64,000 bases of DNA, taken from positions 78,184,001 to 78,248,000 of the forward strand of contig NW_024704742.1 in the NCBI RefSeq assembly GCF_018977255.1, read 5' to 3'. This document shows, piece by piece, positions 1 through 12,900 of this stretch; the stretch's first letter is position 1; every line of letters starts with the position of its first letter. A program made the position numbers and the translations under genes. The notes beneath the pieces were generated by a model that was not told where the DNA came from, ran no database searches, and was given only the letters and a program-made list of their open reading frames with translations. This DNA comes from Callorhinchus milii. Taxonomy: Eukaryota.

Positions 1-52
1 ATTACATTTGTATAGCGCCTTTCACGTCGGGAGAACGTCCCAAGGCGCTGGA
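1..52 (-). mobile_element. L2 LINE 3' tail remnant
   Basis: Reverse complement of the agcgccttgggacg..tcccgacgtgaaaggcgcta stem-loop tail seen in other L2 copies. Confidence 0.7.
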
Positions 53-109
53 ACCCATTAATCTCTAAGGTTTAGTGCTACACTGAGTGGTATTTTTACT
101 CATTAAATG

Positions 110-716
110 TGTGTCAGCCTGGCTCAATGGCTAGCACTCTCGCCTCTGAGTCAGAAAGTTGTTGGGTCGAGCTCCACATCGGGGCTTGGAATCACATAGT
201 CTAAGCCAGGGTGGTCCAAACTTTTGGCTGCTGAGAGCCGGATGCCCTATTTGGGAAATGTCCATGGGCCCCATAAACAATATTTTTGTATTTACCTTCC
301 AGAAACGTAACGTTTCCAGGTTATGAAGGGAATGGGAGAGCCAGATGAAATTGAGTGGGGGAGAGGGGGAGGCGGATGAAATTGGCAAGCGGGCCGCCAT
401 TTGGACCACCCTGGTCTACGCTGACATTCCAATTCAGTACTGGCGGTGTATTATAGGAGTCCTTCAGATGAGACGTTAAACCGTCTGTCTGCTCAGGTGA
501 ACGTTAAAGATACCATGGCACTATTCAAAAAGAGAAGGGAGTTTCTCCTGGTGTTCTGGGCATCAATTGGTCACTCACGACATGGCTGTTTGTGGGACAT
601 TGCTGTGCACAAAACTAGCTGTCGAGTCTTGCCCCAAAATGCACAGTATTTACAGGATATCCTGTGAAGCGCTTTGAGATATCTCGATGACATGATAGGT
701 CGTTATATCAAATGCA
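110..716 (+). mobile_element. Old Deu-type (SacSINE1-like) SINE interrupted by a hAT MITE
   Basis: tRNA-like head tggctcaatggctagcactctcgcctctgagtcagaa; core ttcagatgagacgttaaaccg..caggtgaacgttaaagataccatggcactattc; L2-type tail. Confidence 0.75.
207..413. mobile_element. Non-autonomous hAT (Charlie-like) MITE
   Basis: 14-bp TIR CAGGGTGGTCCAAA / TTTGGACCACCCTG; 8-bp TSD gtctaagc (199..206) / gtctacgc (414..421). Confidence 0.85.
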
Positions 717-834
717 GTGATTTTTAATATTAAATGATCAGGGGAATGCCAAACTAACTTTCAATTAAGGATTGTTTGGTTACATCTATAAAACTGTTTT
801 TTATGATGTTGAGTTGTAGGTTTTCTTTTTCTAG

Positions 835-970
835 GAGCATCCACTAAAACCATCAGTTGACTGGTTAACAACTCAGATGTGGAATTCATGCTGCGATCTT
901 GAAGAAACACTGATGTGCTTTAAAGGACTCCAAGAGGAAATTATTGCAACACCTGTATTTTTCCAAATAG
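835..970 (+). CDS. DNAH6: DNAH6 exon 1 in window ([16 protein letters not shown]...FFQIG)
   Basis: ttttctag acceptor, G|gtgatt donor, 136 nt open frame. Confidence 0.88.
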
Positions 971-3900
971 GTGATTTGTAAAAGCATTAATTTTACCCTA
1001 CCCACAGAGTGCGTTTTTTGTAAATTATAAATCATTCTCTTGCTTTATTCTTATGTTTTTACAAAGTAGTTAAGTTTTATCCAGCAATCATTGTGTTTAT
1101 TATTAATTTCCAAATCTCAGTACAAAAACTAATCAGTCATAGTCAGTGGTTGTGACAGCAGTTGTAAAAATGTGTTTCTTCAGGACGTCTTGAAATTGAG
1201 ATCAACCCAAGGAAATGGAATGGATATGACTTAACCTTATCACCATACTCACCAGGACAGGAAATTGTTTCAGGGTACATTGTTGGTCACTGGAATAAGA
1301 GGCTGTCTGAGTTTCAGAAATTAATTTTAACCAAATCTTTTATGGAGGAAAAGGTACAGTAATATTAATTATCTGAGAAATGTTTCATGAAAATGTTTAA
1401 GGAATGTTCAGTTACAGTGTAGCTGATTCTGAAATCCTGAATTCACTTGCAACTACTTTTGTTAGTAAAAAGTGACTTGCCTGCTCTGATGCTCCTGCAG
1501 ATAAAGTTTTGCAAGTATGCTTTAGGATTCTGCTGTACAGTTGTATGATGGCAATGTTGACCCAAAAAATTCTTCAATTTTCTCATTTCTGAATTCACTG
1601 GTTTTCCTTGATGCTGCTATTTCTGTAAACCACTTGCCTCTGGTGAGAACTGGAGTTTGAAAAATCCTGATCATGTCCTGTCTTCTGAAAGACAACTATA
1701 ATATGGCATGTCAAATTTTGCTCTGCAGGTTGTTGTATAGAAGTTAAATTTGGTTTAGAGCAAGCTGGTGCTGGAATCTGTGCACCAATAGGTTCCTATA
1801 ACCACTTGATATTTTGTTTTATGTTACTGATAGATATAGAGGAATAGAGAATTTTGTTGTTGGCAGACGAGCACAATATATTTGTTTTCAGCAAATTAAT
1901 ATTGCTTTTTTTTNAAGTCAAAAAATCAATCTAAAATTTTCCTCCTTTTCACGAAATCTCAGCACCAAAAAATTTCTACTCACATTTCTATCACGTATTA
2001 GTTCTTGCACAGACAGTTAACTTGTCAATCTTGCTAGTTACATGTTTCCTTTAGCAATTAGACTTTAGGTAAATTCATCACTAAAACAAGGTGAGCAAAA
2101 GGGGTAATAGAGAACATCTATGGAGAGTATTACTCTTCAGCAGTGTAGAAGAAAAGAATGCTAGACCTTGCATTACTAATGAACTCGCTACTTCCTGTGG
2201 CAACATGTAAGGTTGCTGGAATATTTGAATTGCTGGAATATTGGAATAATCGATGTATTGGGTATCAACTATATGTTTCTTTGTTTTAGTTGTTGTTGTC
2301 CTATGCCATTATGCAGAGATATCTGTATGTTGGCACAGGATTACAGCAAAGAAATGTGGAGTCCTGTAGCTTCGTGGTTGGAGCACTCGCCTTGCAAGCG
2401 AGACACCTGGGTTCAATTCCAGGCAGGTCGAAACCTTGGGCAAGTTTCCTTACTCCACACACCTGATAATAATCCCTCCAAAACAAAACAATAATAAATT
2501 GGTCATTTTCAATCCACAACTGTTTGTGGGACATTGCTGTACGCAATTGGCTGCCGCGTTCGCCCACAAATATACAGTCAATTCACTTTACTATGTCTTC
2601 TGTGAAGCGCTTTGGGACGTCCTCCCGACGTGAAAAGTGCTATATCAAATGCAAGGATTATTATTGTTTGGCATGATGGTTTGGGGTCAGCAGCTGCTGC
2701 TCAAACTTCGCACCTCCAACTGCTCAGGGGTATGAATGTGTGTGAGCTGTGGGCAGAAGGATGGAGACATTGTTCTTGTGCATTTTATGATGAGCTGTGC
2801 TGCTCACCAGGAAGTGCTCCAGAGTGCCAGGTACCTGTTATCCACCCTGTGAAAGCTTTACATCTGTAATTGTCAGATGTCAAATGATCAACTAGTTAGT
2901 GGCTGTCCTCCTTGGCATGGGGGTGGGGAGTTAATGGTGTGTCCTCGGGGCTGAGATAGTTACAAGGTGACACAACCGATAATGGAATATTGGAATTGAG
3001 CATTAAATGAATGAATAGCTACGAGATGTTCTCTTTTAAACAATTTTCCAGTCAACTGTGAAAGTTTATGCTTCAGACATCTTTAATATATTGATCTCAC
3101 TGTCATCATATTTTTCAACTTGTATATCAAAAAATACTTTGTTGTCATTTGAAATTTCATTTTCCAATGAAGCAAAAGAGAACAGAGATTTCATCTGGAT
3201 TCTGGAAGGTAAGCTTTTCTGCAGTATCGTTCTTCAAGAACTTGTGGAAATTATTAAAATAAAACATTTTGAAGCCTGCTAGCCTTCAAATAGAGTATTT
3301 GTATGTTCTAAGACATAATGCAGACAATCAACATTTGTCAGTGAGAATGTTCACGAAACGGAAAAAAAGCACTACAGCTTCACATTGATCATCTTTTACG
3401 GCTGAAAATCAGCCTTTTTGATATTATTCAGAGGATGTTTGATTTAGGGTACTTTCCTGTGAATAAGACCAGAGAGGTTGTTTTGCATGTTCAGTAGAGG
3501 GACAGCTGAGTGCACAGATATCTTTGGGCCCAATAGATTGAAGAAATAATCTTGACAGGAAATAGTTTATAGCAATTTGTTTGATAACGAATGTTTTCTG
3601 CATTATTTTAGGTGGTGTTTGCAATCACAGATTTTGTCATAGAAAAGCTTGGGATGGAGTTTGTTGAGAATCCTCCTGTGGATTTAGCCACTCTCTACCA
3701 GGATATGTCTCCTTCGACTCCCCTGATTTTCATATTAAGTACTGGTTCTGATCCCATGGGTGCCTTCCAGAGATTTGCAAAAGAAAGAGACTACCTTTCC
3801 AGGTAAGGTCTATGACAGTTTTTCCCAGATATTTTTCCTTGGCTAGCATACAAATATCCACTAATCCGCTATCAATGTCAACTAATCCATTTAAAAAGGA

Positions 3901-6900
3901 TCATCTTCACAACAAAATATTTACCAACCCACTCTTTGCTTTGGGAGAGGGTAGAAACTTATTCAGGATTAATTTGTCCTGTTCCCAATTACTTTCACCT
4001 GGACTAGAAAGACCTATCTATCTGTGTGTGTATAAAGCATATAAGAGCATATCCAGATCGCCACAAGCTGGTTCATTTTAATGTCTTGCAAACATTTTTA
4101 ATAATATTAGAAAATAATCCCTAAAAGTTCTTCATTGACCAATGTAGAACATAGATAGAACTATTTATGAGGGCAGATCAAATTATTTTGCATTGATACT
4201 TCAGTGGTGAAAATGGATTTGTTTCTGAAACCATCTGTTCATCAGTTTTGTCACTTGTTTCTCTCTTATCAAGACCTGATTTCTCTTGAATAAATCTAGA
4301 GCTGACCAAATGATGTACGTTACTGATGTGGCCCTTTTATCTTTCTATATCTTTAAACAATGGAGCACCATTATAATGTGAAATCCATAAAATCCCTACC
4401 ACAATATCCAGTCCCTGCTGTGCATGTGCATAGAATACACTGTAAAGTGAATTGACTGTATATTTTAACCAAATTGTCTCTACTAAACATGTTATAAAGC
4501 AGCTGCAGTGCATCACCCTGGGTGCCAATGTGAAGAAGTCTGATCTGAAAAATATAGTGCTTTTATCTTTGTCAAACTTGGAGATTTTTTCAAAATAAAA
4601 GTTACTGCCAAAATAATCATTCATACATAAATCATGATTTAAAATGCAGTTGCAGTATTTAGGTTTTATTTCACTACATGAGGAGGATAACCTTATAACT
4701 TTCTATATTTTATGATTATGATGCTTGTATTATTATTAGTCACCTTATTTGTGCGTTGTTTATAGTTACATCAGGATAGTCTGCTTCCACTTGTATAGAA
4801 GTGTGTGTTTATGCACTAATGTTCTTATCTACAGGGTACAATCCATTTCCTTAGGACAAGGACAGGGGCCCATTGCTGAAACAATGATCAAAAGTGCTCT
4901 GAAGTCAGGAAATTGGATATTTCTTCAAAATTGTCACCTTGCAGTTTCATGGATGTTAGCCATGGAAGAATTAATTAAGACATTCACGGAACCAAGTATG
5001 TATAAGTAATATTCCATACCCAGATTAATTTTCTTTTTCCTTTTTTCTTTTCATCTTGTCCCATTCGGCCCACCAATGCTCATTCCTATAGTCCAGGGAT
5101 GGCCAACTTGAGTATTTTATGCATGCAGCCCACGGGGTGCAAGTTGGCCATCCCTGCTTCAGTATGTTTACTATTCCCAACCTAACACCAATTTGTATTT
5201 TGCATAATTCTAATATTTATACCTCTGTTACTTTCTTTTGTTAGATTTTTCAAAAGATTTATTATTTGTTTTGAAGGTTTTTTTTCCCCAGATATATATT
5301 CTAAATTTGCATTGTATTTACATTGTGGATCTCACTCTTTCCTTATCTGAAAGCACTTGAATTTATTTTATCTAAAGATGAATTCCTTCATATACTCCAG
5401 TTAGGCCCCAACTTCTACTTTCTCCCGGACAAAAAAAAAAATGCCTCTTTTAAACTAAAAGAGTAGTAGTTTTTTAAAATAATGTCATTTGATACCAAAG
5501 AGCACTATTGTGTTCAAATATTGTTTCTAATGTTCAAAGTGAAGACAGAAAATGAACTTCAGATACATTTGAAAATTGGAAGTAACAGATGGAGACCTCT
5601 GATGATTGATTCACTTAGAAGAAATTGTTTGGTAGACAGCACTCCAGCTGTACTGCTTTTCTCCTTGACGATCTCAGCAAAATCTGCTTCAGGAAAATCA
5701 GATTTAAAAGGAGTTCAACTTTTCATTTCAGTAGCCTCTATCCTGATTAATCTTGAAAGAATTGTTATTCTGTTGATCTTGATTTATTCAAACCGATTGT
5801 ATTTTTATGTGGTCTACACCTGAATTAAAATGTTCTGATTTTATTCCATCATCAATTTTCAGCAGTCAGATATTTATCTCATTTTACAGCAGTGAAAAAG
5901 GTCAAAAGACAACAACAAGATTCCATTTATAGAGTGCCTTTCACATCGGGAGGACGTCCCAAGGCGCTGTACAGTTGGGTCAGGACACGAGCATTGGGGG
6001 GAACTGGTCAGGGTGAGGGGAGGGGAGGGAGGGAGCGAGGGGGGGGTAGAGAGTCGAGAGGGGAGCTGAAGGCACGGTCAAAGAGAAAGGTCTTGAGACC
6101 GGCCTTGAAGGAGGAAAGGGAGGAGGCGGCCAAGGCACTGGGGGATAGAGTTCCAGAGCCTCGGGGCTGAGAGGCTGAAGGCCCGGCCACCGATGGAAGG
6201 GCGGTTGGGGCGGGGGATGTGGAGCAGACCGGAGCCAGAGGAACGGAGGGTACGGGCAGGTAAGTAGGGGGATAGTAGGTCGGAGAGGTAAGACAATTGT
6301 TCCTTGTGCTAGTCTGCCAGTTACTAGCAGTTTTGAAAAGTGTAATAAGCAAAATTTGTTTATGTATATAGATATTGTTATATAACTTGTCTTTATAGCT
6401 CATCTTTAATTTATTTGTTCTTCCTTAGATACTGTTATTCATGAGAACTTTAGATTGTTCCTAAGTTCCATGCCAACTCAGACATTTCCTGTTACAGTTT
6501 TGCAAAATTCAGTTAAGGTAATGGATTCTGAAGAACAATAATGTTTTATTAGTGTCAGCAAAAAATCTAGTGCTTATATTCTGTTGCAAAACTATTCTTG
6601 CTAAACTGATGACGATAAGGCACCTCTAGTATGGTTCAAAAACATAATCGTAACATTACTATTGACTCAAAGACTAATATTCTCTATATCCTAAGTGTTT
6701 CTGACTATTTTTCCCTGGAGTTGGACCACATTTTGGTGTCAGCCTGCTCACTTGGTAGCACTCTTAGCTTTGAGTCAGAATGTTGTGGGTTCAAGCCCCA
6801 TGGCTGGATTTTGAACTCTGAAAGGCTGAAATTCCAACACAGCGCTGAGGGACTGTTTCATTGTCTTAGATTGTGTCCTTTAGATGAGACTTGCAAGTCA

Positions 6901-9900
6901 TTTTTGAAAAGCAAAATGGCTCTTTTCAATACTTTTCAATGTGTAACATTTTATTGTATTTTGTTAATTAACTTCTGTTCATTAATTTTTAGCTTTTTAT
7001 TTTATATCCGATGCATCGCCCGTCTCCGCCAATAACTCACCCCAAAAGCCGCCGAAACACTGGTCCATGCATTTGTCACCTGGACTATTCAAATGCCCTC
7101 CTCGCCGGTCTCCCCTCCACTACCATTCATAAAATCCAGGTCATCCAGAACTCTGCCACCTGCATTCTCACACCCACCAAACTGCGCTCCCCGATTACCT
7201 CAGTCCTTGCCAGTCTGCACTGGCTGCCTGTCCCAGAGAGGATCGATTTCAAGATTCTCACTCTTGTCTTCAAATCCCTCCACTCCTCTGCACCCCCTAC
7301 CTCTCTGACCTCCTCTCTCCTCAAAACAGTGCCGGTTGCCTTTGCTCCACCGGGTCTGGCCTCCTCCTTGTCCCCTGAATCCTCCGCTCCACCCTCGGCA
7401 GCTGTGCCTTCAGCCACTATGCTTCAAGGCTCTGGAACTCCCTTCCTCACTCCCTTCCCTCTCTTCCTATTTTCAGGTCTCGGCTTAAGACCTTTCTTTT
7501 CCACCGCGCCTTTGGTCACCTTCTTCCCCCTCCCCCTGGCTCGGCCCCGGGATCCGTTATTGTGAAGCGGTCTGAGATGCCGTCCGGCGTGGAAGGCGCT
7601 ATATAAATCTAAGTTGTTGTTCTATTTAACTTTTGTTAATTAAGTTTTCTATGAATCTTTTCTAAAATTGTATATATACAGTTTTTTTCCCCTTTGAACT
7701 CATTTATAATCCTTTGCCTCACAATTAGAAAAACTATTCAGTTTCCTACCTTCACAAATATTTTAGGTTTTAAAATAAATTATTTTTCATTTATTTTCGC
7801 TTACAAAATATACACTTCTGTGAAGCACTTTGAGGTGTCTCAATGACGTGATAAGGCGCTATATCAAATGCAACTATTATTATTATCTTTGAAATAAACT
7901 AAAATAATTTGCTTTGTGCTTACAACTCAAATTCTGTTTATTTTTGACACTGCTATGGTGAAAGTCTAAGTAAATATATCACAGTAAACACCAGAGATTA
8001 TGCACCGTGATTCACTAGTTTCTTCTTTGCAATAAAAATATAAATATATTCATATCTGTGCAAATGGATATTCTGTTGTGTCCTTTCATTGATAGCTGAT
8101 AAGCAAAATTCTGAGAGCTGTAGAAAAGCAGTAAATTCGGAAAACAGTTGAAATGGTTGAAGAACTAATGGATAATCTTCTTCAGGTTACCAATGAACCT
8201 CCAAAAGGACTTCGTGCCAATATCCGACGAGCTTTCACAGAAATTACAAACTCTTTTTTTGAGGAGCATGTCTTGGGCAGGGATTGGAGAAAGATTATCT
8301 TCGGAATTTGTTTCTTCCATGCTATAGTTCAGGTATGTTTTTGCTGAAGTTAATGATCAGCAGACAGCCATGTGTTTTATTCAGAATATTACTTGGGATA
8401 ATATGTTCTTAGACCAATGACCGGTGAAGTGTGAAAAAATGTTTAATGTGCCAAGGTGAATGCTGATTTTATGTTTTGGCAACTCCACAGCATAAAGAGG
8501 CAGACCATGGCTGAGATGCTGTGCAGAGGAGAGCAACAAGGATGATCTGTAATGTTAAAGGAATGAGCTATGAGCAATGATTAGACAAGCTAGGGCTCTT
8601 CAGTCTTGAGAGAAGATAACTCAGAGGGGACCTCATAGAGGTGTTCAAAATTTGAAATAGACACTAAATATTGATCTGGGTTTCCTTATTCAATCCTATC
8701 TTGACAATAGAACAGGAGGTCATGGGTTTAGATTAGTAAAGGGCATTTTCAGGACCGATACCCTGGAAGTTTTTCTTTATGCAATGACTGGAACTGGTTG
8801 CCAGGAAAGATGGTAGGATGTAGAGGCCAGCACACTGGACTCATTTAAAAAGCTGCTTGAAGCAGTGATCAGGAGATGGTAGATGGGGTGTTCATGAGGG
8901 ATCAGATTGCATGGGCCGAAGGGCTTTCTTACCTTGTTAGGTAAGGGTATCAAGGGATATGGGGCAAAGATGGGAAATTGGAGTTGCGGTTCAGATTAGC
9001 CATGACCTAAGAGAAGGGTGCAACAGGCTTGATGGGCTGAAGGGCCTACACCTATTCCTATGTTCAGTCAGACACATCTTGTGATCTGTGATCTTTTCTT
9101 TCTGTGATTATGTCCTTCTACTGTCTTATGTGGTGTTCCTTGGGGCTCTGTCCTCGGTTCTCCAATGCTCCCTCTTAGTGACAACATCTGAAACATGGCG
9201 TCAACTTCCACATGTATGCGGATGATACCCAACTCTATCTCTCTGCCTCCATCCTCAATTCCAGGACCACTGCTGTCCTGACAGAATGTCTCTTAGACAT
9301 CAAGTCCTGGATGAGACCTAACTTTCTACAGTTGAACATTAACAAGACTGAGGCTCTCCTGATTGGCTCCCGTCAGCACCTCCACACCTCAGGCACTGAC
9401 AGCATCACCATCAATGGTTGTACACTCCACCTCACTGAGCTAATCCGGAATCTTGGTGTCTTGTTTGACCCACAACTGTCCTTTCTACCCCACATCTGTG
9501 CCATGACCCGCTCTGCCTTCCCCATCTCCGCAACATCGCCCGGCTCCGACACTGTCTCTCACCTCAGCCTGCCAAGACCCTCATCCATGCATTTGTTATA
9601 TCGAGGCTCGACTACCCCAAGTCCATGCTTGTCAGCCATCCAAACTCTTTCCTCCTGCACCAGGCTCCGTGACCCTATCACCCCCACCCTCGCCTGACTC
9701 CACTGGCTCCCCATACCCCAGAGGATAGAGTTCATCCTCACCTTCAAAGCCCTCCACCACCTTGCCTCCTTCCAACCTCTGTGAACGGCTAACACCATAT
9801 TGACCTATCCACACCCGCCTCTCCTTGACTGTCCAGCGCCTTAGGAAGTCCTCTTGATGTGAAAGGTGCTATACAGATGAATTTTGTTGTTGCTGTTCTT

Positions 9901-12900
9901 TTCTGGGTAGTGGGCTTAAAGATGATTTTTCAAGTAAAGTAAAATATGTTAGAAAGACATTCTAGGTAATGCATTTAATTTTCTTATGAATTAAAATATA
10001 TTTTAAAACATTTTACAATTGGAGAAAAATAGTACCTTTATTGAAAATGTTGCGGTTTCTGACAAAACTTTGAATAATAAGTGAGTTACTGAGCTCAGTG
10101 ACAGGAATAGAGAATGTGCTTCTCTCAATTTGAATCTGTCAAGATGTATTCACCATGAATATCTTGTGTGTGATATAATACCATAGTGCATTGTATCTTC
10201 AGGAAAGGAAAAAGTTTGGTCCACTAGGTTGGAACATCCGTTATGAGTTCAGTGACAGCGACCGAGAATGCGCTCTTCTCAATCTGAATCTATACTGCCA
10301 AAAAGGAACCATCCCTTGGGATGCCCTGGTGTACATAACTGGTGAGCTCTAGTTATTTTCTTTTTTCATATGTTATATGATCCGAACTAAAATCAGGAAA
10401 GTGATGATGTAGAAGTGCTTTGCACTACTCTAATGAACAAACTAGCGGTATATACAATTTATTCTTATGTGAGAGCAGTGCCCAGTATCCTCAGACACAA
10501 TTTCATTTAAGTTGTTATTTTAGTTCTATCTATCCAGTAAAGAACGTTTCATTTTGACTTACAAATGTTGTATGATTTATGGAAAAAATATACAGCTCAG
10601 GCTGCCAATAACAAAACTCACTTAACTTGTTACGTAATAATCTTTGCATTTCATACAGCGATTTACAACATTGTTGTCAACATATAAAAATGTTTCATAG
10701 CTTTTCTTGTTCAGTGTATTGATTGTATTTGTAGGTTAATATGGCAGCCAATTTGCATGTAGCAATGATCAACTAGCCAAAAAGTGAATGACCAATATAG
10801 GGGAAAGCTGATGATTTCTGTGGGAAACAAGTGACATTAACATAACTGGTGAGCTCTAGATTATAAACTTAACTGGTGAGCTCTAGTTATAAACATAACT
10901 GGTGAGCACATAATGTTGTATTATTCAGTTAAATCCATCTGTCAAAGTAAATATAAATTCTTGCTGCAAAACATTTGTGTAATATCTTCCATAACATTTC
11001 TAGAGGGGAGCAAGATGAACATGAAATTCAATGCCTTTGTGTTTTGTTCATTGCATTGATCAAAATATAGAACATCAGTCCTGGAAAATGAACTAATGTT
11101 CTATTTCAGGCACCGAATACCCAAATCCACCACTCTTTGGTCAGATATAGTATTGATTATACACAAAGTAAAGTCCCCTCAACCCTGTAATCAGAAGTTA
11201 ACTTCCTCATAAGATGACGAGATTGTTTTGGATGAAGAAGGTCCTTCAGCCCACCTGATCTCATCCCTCCAGAACACCCACCCAACAGTTCTCCCCCTCC
11301 CATTACTGCATCCTGCTATGTTTTATATCAGTCCAGTGTCCTGGCTTCTATCACCTTTCCTGGCAAGATGTTCTGGTTGTTGATTTCTCTCTGCATAAAG
11401 AAAAACGTTCTGCTATCTATCCTGAAATTGCCCTTTACAACTCTAAACAAATAGCCTCCTGTTCTACTTGTTGCTTTTAAAATATTGATCTGGGTTTACT
11501 TATTCAATGCCATTTAAAATTTATACAGCTTTATGAGGTCCCCTCTGAGTCACCTTCGCTCAAGATTGAAGAGCCCTAGCTTGTCTAACTATTGATCATA
11601 GCTCAATCCGCTAACACTAGGGATCATTTTTATTGGTCTCCTCTGCAGCCTAGACCAGAACTGTATGCAGTATTCAAGATGCGGTCTGACCAGAGTTTGA
11701 TGTCTGGGATCCAAACACTTTAGTTATATATTCCAGCATCCTGTTGTTCTTGTTTATTGCTACCTCACAAGGTTTTGGTATAATAATAATAATAATCCTT
11801 GCATTTGATATAGCGCTTTTCACGTCGGGAGGACGTCCCAAAGCGCTTCACAGAACACATCGTAAAGTGAATTGACTGTATATTTGTGGGCGAACGCGGC
11901 AGCCAATTGCGCACAGCAATGTCCTACAAACAGTCGTAGATTGAAAATGACCAATTTATTATTGTTTTTGTTTTTTTTGGAGGGATTATTATTAGGCTCT
12001 GTGTGGAGTAAGGAAACTTGCTCAAGGTTTTGCCCTGCCTGGAATTGAACTCAGGTCTCTCGCTTGCAAAGTGAGTGCTCTAACCACTGAGCTACAGGAC
12101 TCCATACAGTGAGCAAAACGTCAACTAACACCGAGTGCATTAGTGGGAGATCCCAATTGTTCACTGTGTTGCACTGTGTGGACCACATTTCTGGATGGGA
12201 GCACATATGTGGCAGTTTGGCACAGTTTTAGCACTTATGCCTCTGCCTCTGAATTTATATTTTAATATAGGGCAACCCTGTTATAGCTTGATCAACTGTG
12301 TCCAATATATCAGAGGCTGTGTTGTAAGAGAAACTGACAAAATGGTTACTTCAGCGTATTCACTGCTGTGTGTAATTGTCTGCCACTTTTGGCCCACAAA
12401 TTCACTTTACACTATATTTTGTGACGCGCTTTGAGACATCTCAATGATGTGATAAGGTACTATATCAAATGCAAGGATTATTCTTATTATTCAGCTCACT
12501 GCTGACCTTACTTCCTACACGTTATATATGCATACAGATATCCAGAGGAAATACCATTGACATCCTTTGTGATATCAGCGGCACTCTGCTCATAGTGTAA
12601 ATGGTGTGAAACATGGAGGAAGTGATGTCCGCTGCAACCTGGAAGTTGGCTAGTTTTTAGCGCTGGATGCCAGCTAGTCAACCCCACAAGCCAGGTGAAC
12701 CATGCTTCCAGTTAGTGTGAGTCCACAGGACAGCAGCATTACAACAACAAAAAATTACTTTGGTATAGCTCCTTTCATGTGAAGCTGAAATAGCACCTTT
12801 CATGTGAAATTACATTTGTATGGTGCCTTTCACAGGAAACTGCAATGCACCAAGGATGTAAATAATGCTCGCCCGCATACTCACCTGTATCCTTTACTGA

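Noticed and set aside
1914..1914. Ambiguous base n
   Set aside because: Assembly uncertainty at the end of a poly-T run; no biological meaning.
10840..10907. CRISPR-like short repeat array
   Set aside because: Eukaryotic intron, no unique spacers; the repeats derive from the adjacent exon-intron junction.
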